In this document: positions 32,455-42,000 of the stretch, one piece after another
How the letters are laid out: every line of letters starts with the position of its first letter
Position numbering within the stretch: the first letter of the stretch is position 1
Source: Mustelus asterias
Taxonomy: Eukaryota
Direction of reading: 5' to 3'
DNA length: 42,000 nucleotides
Assembly (NCBI RefSeq): GCF_964213995.1
Contig: NW_027590818.1
Coordinates: forward strand, 124,001 to 166,000
Position numbers and translations under genes: made by a program
Notes under the pieces: generated by a model
The model's database searches: none
Seen by the model: the letters and a program-made list of their open reading frames with translations, nothing else
What the model was told of the DNA's origin: nothing

Positions 32455-35089
32455 AATGTTTTTTTCGTTTCTAAGCTATGTTTCATGGGCTGTGACCATC
32501 GCTGACAAAGACTGCATTCGTTGTGCATCACTACTTCCCGTTCTCGAGTCAGAGTCCTGGCTTTGTTCATAAACTGCATGGACTCAACAATCTCTGAATG
32601 TTGTGGCAGACGTTCACGCACCTCATTCCACAAAAGCTTGAGAGATTGACATTCTTAATGTGAAGAGTCCACCAAAAAACGATGGTTTCCCCAAATTTCA
32701 CTGAGAAATAATATAAAATAGCATTTGCAGTTTTATCTGGATTCAGATTGACACGTTATGGAACTTACCCGAAATAGACACGTTGGAATTTACAACTATT
32801 TATGTGATGCTAATTAAATGTTTTCTGAATTATTTTGACCTGACCACCTGCTAAATGCGTTTTTCTATGTCAATTGCCTGATTACTGAAAATAACATAAT
32901 TGATTTTGAAATTAACTGTCATTGACATAAAGTTAGCGACCACAAAAATAAGCCAGTGCCAGGAAGAAGCGATTGTCTGTGTAACGTTGAAATTATGCTG
33001 GCAAAGCTAGACTGGACACAATTCAGTAAATTATTCGTGTGCCTCGACTGGAAAGGTACTGAAAAGTTCTGCTCTGTATTTAGACTCTTGTGTATTATAT
33101 TTCATAGAATATCTAAATTGATAATTGCACTCGCCATTTATTGTTGAACGTTAATGCTTCTCTCTAGATACCGTCCTTTTGACTAAGTTAGCCTGCCAGG
33201 AAACGCTACTATTTATGAAGGATTATTTTGTCTGGAAAATTTGATTAGTTAAATGAGCAAAGAATAATGGATGTTCGTTTTGATCATAGTCTTGATACTC
33301 ACAGCGACATATTTGTATGAGCAATTTAACAATTTTGTGGGCTTTATTTGTGAAAGGTTAGGCAGTAGTTCAGGTGGTCTTTGGATCATGGTGGCCTTGC
33401 GAAGTGATTGGCGCCTAAATGGTTGTGGAGTTAATCTGAAACTGAGCTGGTCGAGGAGCAGCTGCTATGCCAGCACTGGTGTTCGTGATGCCGTCATGAA
33501 TGTTGTCCGTTCTGCCCAATTCCCTCCTCTTCAAATCCTGACAATTGTGTCTTGTTGCCAACTTTGGTAGCCATGCGTTATTTAAATCAGCAACTTACAT
33601 TTGGCATATTGTACGTCACGTTTTGTGTTTTAATCTAGGTATATAAAATATAAAAACTTTGTGTATTTACGTAGTTATATATCGTTGTCTATGTCTTTAT
33701 ATGGTTTGGCTCTATGTACATATTGTTGCCAGCCAGTTAAGGACGAGTAATGTTTTCTCTGAATTGGGCAAAGTTTGAAACCTCAGTTCTCACTGGAATG
33801 ATGTCAGAGCAGCGCAAACGTAAAGCCAAGAGTGTTATTTACAAAGTGTGAAAACGTAAAACAAGTTATAAAATCTTATATGTATTCCGAGAATCAGAAT
33901 TTTCATGATGTGAATTAAGGACCAGTGTCTTTTCCGAAAACACTTCACTATCTAGTGAATGGCAAATAACACAGGCAACTGTGAGGTTTTGTCAGCAACT
34001 CACCCAGATGTCAGTGAATACGTGGTGTCCAAAGATCTCGTGAAAACTGCGTCTCCGCTGTGAGCAACTTCAGATTTTCATTATTTAAGATCTAACCTCT
34101 GATTTCCTTGAAAAGTATTCCGACTGGGACTACCTCAATGTCTGCTCACTTCCGATGGTTTAATCTCCTCTCCAGGATCTCTGTTCCAAGGCTTTCCGAA
34201 GATTGATCTCCTTCCTTTTGATGTCGGCAGCATTACAATTTTCGAAAGACTTTAATTCATTCAGTTGACATGTTGCCTTGTTTTTATTCATATGTGGTTT
34301 ATGGGTGTCGCTGGACAGAACATCATTTATTGTCTATTTCGAGCTGCCCTTGAGAAGATGCTGCTGACATTCCTTCTTGAACCGCTGGCGTCTCTGCGAC
34401 ATGCAGTCCATCGCCTGTGTCGGATTATAACTGTCTGCCACCTCTTCTCGGAGTTGTACCTTTCTTCATAGCCAAACAGGGCATCCAGGACTTCCCTTGA
34501 GCTCAATTGCCATTAACTGTTGCCAAGGCATCTACACAAGCAGAAAAGCACACAAATTGTTAATGACAACTGTAGCAATTGGTACCTCTGCTTCTTTGAG
34601 GTCGAGGTTCCTGGAGCCACCTAACAGCTGCATCATTTATGTATAATGCCTTTGCCTCTTTCAGAACACCACTTCGCCTAGCTAACACACGAATAAGTTG
34701 CATGTGAGTGAATTTTCTAAAATCCCATCCTTCTCCATGATATGTAATCTTTTAGGGTTCATTGAAAGCTTTTAAATTAATATGGTCCCTTCTCCCAAAA
34801 ATGAACCATCTCATTGCACTGCAGCTCTTTTCAAACAGTGTAACAACAGATCTGTAGTTGTGCTTTTAAGTGCATCTACTTGTTTCATGTCTCCGTGTAA
34901 CCTACCTCAGTCTATTAAACAAGGAGTGGTAACCTTCTAAACTGCTGTTCCTGGAGAGGCATTGGTAAATTCTAAAGATTAGCCTTTCTGTTTCCTCACT
35001 CTTTGCAACTTTAGACTTCCATGAACCCGCAGAGTGTCTCTGCCCCTTCAAAATTAATTCATGTCAGTGAAGAGAAAGATAATAAAAAA

Positions 35090-36240
35090 ATTGGAGCACA
35101 TGGAGGTCATGCTGCACATTGAGTCTGCTTTTCATTTGGTTAGATCATTAATGATCTAACTATGGCCTCTCCCTTCTGGTTTACTGCTTCAAATCTCTTG
35201 TCAGTCAAGAATCTATCCAATTCAGCCGTAAAATATCCCAACCTTTCCTTCCTCCACTGCTCTCTTGGAAAGGGAATTTCACAGACAAATGACAAGTGAC
35301 AGATACTTGTAGGCACATCTCTGTAGTCCTTCGATACCACTGTATATTTTGGACACAGGTACCAAAACTGAATGTGAGCGAATTGAAGAGAGTGCAGAAG
35401 AGGGATGAGAAACGTCAGTTATGACGATCGATTGGAGTGTTTTCGAATTTTCCTTCTGGGGAAGATGGCTTAGATGGCATTTGATAGAGATGTTCAAAAC
35501 CATGAGGGGAATGGGCAGGTCACATAGGAAGCAGGAATATGTTCAAGCTCATCACAGAAGCAAGAACAAAGGGGCACAGATATAAAGAGATTTGCAACAG
35601 AAGCAAATGCGATGTGAAGAAAAAACACACGCTGTAGAATGCATTGCATCATACTGTGGAAGTGTGATGGAGGCATTTTTAATCGAGGCATTCGATGATT
35701 ATTTGAATAGAAACACTGGGCTGGACTACGGGGAAAAGGCAGGGTAAACCATCTTGCTCGATTGGGGAGCCAGTACAGTAATACCAACACAAATTTATTC
35801 CATCTGCATCGAGAGGATTATTTGAATCTGTGACTTGCAATCACGCGCGCAAAGAGAAACAGCATCAACCTATCTAGCCCCTCGTGATCATATATTTTTA
35901 ATAGGATCATCACCCATTCTTCCAAATTCAAATGAATGCATGTCAAACTTTCCAAACTTTCACGATAAGATAAGTGTTTAATCGAGTGAATCTGTTGATT
36001 ATCCTTCCCTGAACATCTTCTGTTACATTTATCAAATTGCTTTGAGCAGCATGACAAGTATGTTCAAAATTCCACATGCATTCTCATAAAAATATATGAT
36101 ACTCTCGCAAAACATCCCTAGCTCAGAATTGAATTCCTCTTCAATTGAGCGACAGCGACCCCTTTGCTTTTCTCGTCGCTATCCATCACTACATCTGCAA
36201 TGTTTTTATCTGAGAACATTAGTTTCTATTGCCCATTTCA
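35090..36240. mobile_element. Cluster of decayed CR1 3' fragments in both orientations
   Basis: FTAELDRFL (minus); GATAGAGATGTTCAAAACCATG...GGGGCACAGATATAA (plus); LEEWVMILLKIY remnant (minus). Confidence 0.65.
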
Positions 36241-37699
36241 AGAACAACTTAATCATTTCCTGTACCCTTCACAAAGTCCAGTTAATAATAAGTTTTAAGG
36301 AACATAATGAAATGCAAGGCGGTGAAATGCAGCTAAATGATCAGTGCTACATTTCTGTTCGCAAGCAGTTTCTAGGTTAGAGTAGGTTCACTTTGTCCTG
36401 GAGACTTTACTTTTCAAATGAATATTCGAACCAAGAGAAAATCTCAACATTTCAGGCTCCGGATTTTATATTGGTAACGTTTACAGTTTTACCATAAATA
36501 TATTTGCAAGAAAGTGTGATCTGTTTTGTACAATGTCTCGTCCTTTAGCTATGGGCAGTGGTTTGAATAATTCACACAAATTTAATTCAATATAAAACTA
36601 TAGCGACAGATTTACATTTAAAAGCTTAATGTGTCAATGACATGTTCACAAATCTTTTTAACGGGTTTTCCACAATATCAGGCATTCGGTTGTTGCAAAG
36701 GTCAAAGGCAAATATTCCCATGTAGTTTTCTGTCGCTTCGTAACTGAGATATAAGTTGGGAGGCACATGCGACCATAGTATTATCGCCCATGAGATTCCC
36801 GTGTTCAATGGCAACACAACGGATTTTCTTGCACTGAATCGAATCACACCTGACCCTGCAATCATCCGCTTTGTTCACGTTCACATACTGAGCCAAGAAA
36901 TCCACAACAGCCAACACCCAAAATGATATCACAATCTATGCCCTATTGTTCATTAATGGGAAACCCTCTGTCACCTAGATCCTTTTCGCAACCTATCTGC
37001 AAAATAGAGAGGGGGAATGACTGGCAAAACTCTATGTGGGCAACATGCCCATCCGACCACTCTCATTTGACATCTCGACCTGAGCAGTGGTGCACACATG
37101 AACAGTATCAATCATCTTTCACATTGTGAATCTGTTCCAGTCCGTTGAGTCATTACACTCTCAGATATTCACAACCATATGAGCAGGGAGGTTATGATGG
37201 AGCTGTGTGTAACATTCGTTAGCCCAGAGATAGAGTGTCGTGTCCAATTTCGATTGTCACACGATAGGAAATAAATGCTTGCATTAGGAAGGGTGCCCAG
37301 GAGATTGACCAGGATGTTGCCTGGGTTGGAACGTTTCTGTCCTTCCTTGCTTCTATGTATTTGATAAGAACCGCTTGGGAGACTGATCAAGGAGGTTGAA
37401 GCAGGTGGGACCCAGGGCAATTGGGAAAAATTAGATAAAAAATTGCCTTATCTCTGGAGGCAGAGTTTGATGGCCCAATGTTTTACTGTGACTGGAAGAC
37501 TGCGTCCATTGATATACTGGAGGGATTGGTGCTGGGACTCTGGCTGTTTCTGGTGTAAATCAATGTACTTCAGGTGCGCATGTGAGGCATTAGCAGGAAG
37601 TTTGCAGATGACAAGAAAATTATTGGTTTGTTACAGAGCAAGGTGGACAATTTAGGATACTGCAGCACAATATAGAAGGGCTAAATAGATGGGCAGAAG

Positions 37700-38028
37700 G
37701 GACGGCACGGTGGCACAGTGGTTAGCACTGCTGCCTTGCAGCGCCAGGGACCCATGTTAAATTCCGGCCTTGGGTCACTGTCTGTGTGGAGTTTGCACGT
37801 TCTCCCCGTGTCTGCGTGGGTTTCCTCCGGCTGCTCCGGTTTCCTCCCACAGTCTGAAGATGAGCAGGTTAGGTTGATTGGCCATGCTAAATTGACTCTA
37901 GTTTCAGGAGGATTAGCAGTGTAAATATATGGGGTTACATGAATAGATCTTGGGTGGAATTGTGGTTGGTGCCGACTCGATGGGCCAAATGGCCTCCTTC
38001 TGCACTGTAGGGATTCTAGGATTCTAGG
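37700..38028 (+). mobile_element. HE1-type V-SINE
   Basis: GGCACGGTGGCACAGTGGTTAGCACTGCTGCC head, V core, (GGATTCTA)n tail. Confidence 0.92.
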
Positions 38029-38096
38029 AAGTGTGGAAAATTGAATTTTACCTTGAAAAGTGTAAGGTGATGCATTTTGAGAAGGATTAACAACGC

Positions 38097-38585
38097 AATG
38101 GTAGGACACCAGGCAGTCCAGGAAAGCTGGGATACATTGGGGTTCATGTCCAGAGAGCGCCAAAAAATATGGTAGCTCGGGAGGCTCATGAGATACATTC
38201 ATTTGATAGCCGAGTCACAGCAGAGAAGTTCTGATCAAAAGCGCATTCTGTCGGTTCTGTATCAAACGCGCATTCTGCCGCAGGGCGAGTATCGTGTGCA
38301 TTTCTGATCGCCACACTATAGGATGGACGTGATTGCACGAATGGTAGGACACCAGGCAGTCCAGAAAAGCTGCGATACATTGGGTTCCATGTCCAGAGAG
38401 TTTCCCCAAAAAATATGCTAGCTCGGAAGGCTCATGAGATACATTCATTTCATAGCCGAGGCATAGCAGAGAAGTTCTGATCAAACGCACATTTTGCCGG
38501 TTCTGTATCAAACGCACAGTCAGCCCCGGGCCGAGTATCGTGTGCATTTCTCATCGCTACATGATAGGATGCACGTGATTGCACA
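38097..38585 (+). repeat. Tandem duplication with 243-bp period within a CR1 remnant
   Basis: AATGGTAGGACACCAGGCAGTCCAG at 38097 and 38340; each unit contains an internal ~26-bp duplication. Confidence 0.9.
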
Positions 38586-38785
38586 AAAAAGTGTGCAGAG
38601 GAGATTCACCAGGATGTTGCCTGTGGGTTTCAGCTATGAAGGGAGGCTGGTTAGTCTTGGATTGTTTTCCTTAGAGCAGCAAAAGCTGAGTGGAGATCTA
38701 ACTGATGTGTGCAAAACGCCAAGGGAACTAGTGAGAGTTGGTAGAAAAAAATGTTTTCCCTCAACAGAGGGGTCAATAACTGTGG

Positions 38786-38786
<1 letters not shown>

Positions 38787-38822
<36 letters not shown>

Positions 38823-38846
38823 TGTGTGTGTGTCGGGGGGGGGGGG
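38787..38846. repeat. (TG)n microsatellite plus G run
   Basis: Directly visible. Confidence 0.95.
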
Positions 38847-40139
38847 CGGCGGAGTTGTCTGGGTGGACTGGGGGAGACATAGATTTAACATAAGATGCAA
38901 AACATTTAGAGGGGATCTGAGGAAAGAAATGTTTCTCCTATGGAGTGGTGGGAAATGTACATGAAACTGTCTCCATATTTAAGAAGCACTCAGATGAAAA
39001 CTTGAAACGACATCAGAACTAAGGCGACGGGCTCAGTGCTGGGAAATTGGATTAGAATAGAGTATCTTAATGGACGGTGCTGAAACCACGGCCGAATTGC
39101 ATCTTTCTGTCCTTGAAATCTCTGACTCTTCCAGTTTTATTCCAGCATTGGTGGATGTCTGCGTTTCCACTCCGCTCCAAGTCTCTGCCTTTAAGCTTGT
39201 ACTTGTAAAATAAATTATATTTTGAACGTATATAACTTCTCTGAGGATCATAAAATACCTCCTGAAGTGTGTTTTTCGCTGTCAGGCCTTTCAACATGTT
39301 ATATTATGTATGTGCTGCCACTCAAAAATTCATTTCACACAACACAATATATAGGCCTGTCCTGCCAGTAAAATAATCCTCTTTGCACTCTTGCCAACAG
39401 ACAAAGATTAATTGATCAGAACGCTGATGATATAACCAACAGTTCGAAGCCGCAGATATGACATATAAATTCACCTTAAATAATTAACATCCTTATTGTA
39501 TAGCACCTGTACAATTATATTTGCAACTGCAGTACTGAACCCATACCATATGAGATAATTTCTCAGTACGGACGCTCCATCAGCCAAATCCAGAACAGAT
39601 TTCATTAGATCCTTAATACTTTACCACCAGCAGCTTAATCTTGTACAATCAAAATACCATCCATTATCTCAAATGTACAAACTCACCTGAATAATACTAA
39701 TTCAATACCACACAGGAAAGTTTTGACAACTGCACATACTAATCTCAGGCAAATAGGGTTTTGAGCAAAAATATTAATAATCTGATACAACCCATGCCAT
39801 TATCTTATATAGATGCCCATGAAATCTAGCCCATTCGTAGAAAGTGTGCCATTACAAACTGGATCCTCTCTCACCAATTTCATTTTTATATCAAGTAATA
39901 CCAAGTAATCATGGTAATTACGGGATACTATCACTGAGGCCTGTTAAAGGGCAAATTTGGATCTTGTTTTATTTGGTTCGTTCACCCCGTCACTCCCAGG
40001 AATGCACATATTGTCTCCTGGAACCTGGAAAATAAATAAATTGGCAACTGCAATTTGCATGTTGCCTGTAGGTCTCCGTTAAAATTTCACGTGAAGCATA
40101 TATAAATATATACTTTCCTTCAAGAATTTTCTCCCATCA

Positions 40140-42000
40140 TTCCCCTAACACTGACGTGTGACTACCGGTCGGTAATTTCCTGGTTCAAGTCTACTACCCT
40201 GTTAAATAATGGAACCCCAAGAGCCGTCCGCAAGTCCTTTGGCACCTCCCACTATCGACAGAGAGGAATAAAAAAAGAAATGTCTCAGCACTCCTGCAAT
40301 TTCCTGCCCCCCCCCCCCCCCCACTGCAGCCTTTTGTGAAATTTATCCAGACGAGGGGGTCTGTTAACGTTCAACCCCGTCAGCTTCTCCAATACCTATG
40401 TCGAATTGTGTAAGTTCCTCATAATCCATTTTCTTGAACTCCATACCTCCGTTCTCCTTTTCCAGAGCGAAGACCAAATAGAAGTATTCATTTAACCGCC
40501 AGTCAATGTGCAGTGGCTTCACACAGAGATTGCTCTCTTGGTGTCTAATGGGCCCCACTCTTTCCTTGGTTAACAGCTTCCCTTTAATGTATTGATAATG
40601 TATTGAAAATAAATTCTCCCTAATCGTAATAACAAATCCATTTTCATGTGCCCTTTCTCCTCTTCTAATTATTTACTTAAGTTTCCTCTTGCACTTTGTA
40701 TTTTCCTCCAGAAAAATGTTGCTCCCTCTGAAATTGCTAAAATCAATTCGCTTCTTCCTCCTTCAGTCCTGAATTTTCGGAGGCATTCAGGGTTCCCTGA
40801 AGGTATTGCTTCTGTATTTACCCGTAAAAATGTTCGTTCTTTACTTTACAAGGCTCACTTTTGAATGTCCCCAATGCTCTGCCGTTGACCTATCCTCAAT
40901 TAGATCTTCCCAGTCAAACCTGGTCAGACCCTGCCTTATTTTAATAAGATCTGTCTTCCCCTCATCCAAAGGCGCCTTTGGCAGGCCATCTTCTTCCTTG
41001 TATAGAACAAACCTGAACCGTACACTTTTGTGGTCGCTATCAATTAAGTGCTCCCCAATGCAACATCGAACACGTGTCCCGGTTCTTTCCCAAGAACCAG
41101 ATCCAGCATTGTGCCATCCCTTGGTAGGGCTTGTACATCCTGATCCAAGAGGCTCCCCGGATACATTTCAATAAATCTGTCAATTCCAAACACTTAATAC
41201 TATGACTATCCCAATTTATGTTGGGAAATTTGAAATCCTATCGTATAGTTACCCGATTATTACTCTTACACACCTCTGTGAACTGTCGACATCTTTGCTC
41301 CTCGTTCTCCCGCTGACACTTTGGGAGCCTATAATACACGTCCAGTGATATAACACCCGCATTAGCATTCCAAATTTCCACCCAGAAAGGTTTGTTTGAA
41401 GAGCCTTCCAATCCAACATCTGTCATTATTGCAGTAATTGACTTTATAATTAAATGTGTCATACCGTCTCCTCTTTTGCACCCTCCTCTGACCCGCCAAA
41501 AGATCCTAGAATGTTGAGTTCCCTCTTCTGTCATTCCCTCAACCATGGCTGGTGAGATGACAACAATATCACACTTCCCTGTATCAGTCCACGCATTAAA
41601 GTTATCTGTCTTACTGATCACAATCCTTTCATTATAGTCAAGACCACCCCGTCTTGCCTTAGCCTTTGACATAAATCATAGGTGAAGTCACTCTGATTTG
41701 CACCCTGTACTACCCCTTAGTGATGGGTCGCTATGTCAACAATGTTCCTTGTCTTCTCCCATGCCAGTTCAGCGTAAAATCCTTCAAACATTATTAACAA
41801 AATTATTGACAAGCATTTTAACCCCAGTATGACTCAAGTGCATAAAATCTCGTTTGTTCGTGACCCACCTTCTCCTGAAATAGTCCCAGTTATCCAAGAA
41901 TTTAAAACCCTCCCTCTTGCACCAACTGTTGAACCATACATTCATCTGTTCTATTTTACTATTTCATTACTAACGATCACGTCATACCGGGAGTAATCCA
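40140..42000 (-). mobile_element. Decayed CR1 5'/central portion (ORF1 end, endonuclease, start of RT)
   Basis: WVEI...VYYRLP, LNEYFYLVF and GNYRPV remnants; runs off the window. Confidence 0.85.

Larger units (their letters stand above)
37180..39110 (+). mobile_element. Decayed CR1 RT/3' fragments containing a SINE, a tandem duplication and a microsatellite
   Basis: KFADD remnant, VQRRFTRMLP, LGLFSLEQ. Confidence 0.8.

Noticed and set aside
32283-32633. Lys/Glu-rich and Ser-rich ORFs
   Set aside because: Translations of the (TTC)n microsatellite.
1-42000. CRISPR arrays, prokaryotic or viral genes, D/J segments, and the many short ORFs overlapping LINEs and SINEs
   Set aside because: No repeat-spacer arrays, operons or convincing RSS-flanked D/J segments were seen; the short ORFs are antisense or off-frame readings of repeats.

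Overview
Repeat-rich vertebrate genomic DNA, almost certainly from a shark or other elasmobranch (HE1-type V-SINEs, shark-type CR1 LINEs, a NAR-type V segment). Host genes: (1) at the left edge on the minus strand, a leader + V exon + RSS of NAR type (best fit NAR-TCR V, IgNAR V not excluded) with an in-frame stop; (2) two apparently intact, two-exon, divergently oriented GPR139/GPR142-like class A GPCR genes (325 and 326 aa) that share a proximal promoter module (homeodomain site, O/E-like site, TATA). The rest is mostly CR1 LINEs (one young copy nested in another), V-SINEs, Penelope-derived fold-back elements with minimal hammerhead ribozyme motifs, two decayed tRNA genes, a U1 retrocopy, and a ~315-bp retroposed, strongly hairpin-forming element built from rearranged U2 snRNA pieces. 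The best candidates for something undescribed are the U2-derived structured RNA/SINE and the possibility that the GPR139-like genes are a chemoreceptor-type family with olfactory-style promoters. All family assignments come from reading the sequence and from recall of the families; no searches were run. Boundaries of decayed repeats are approximate.
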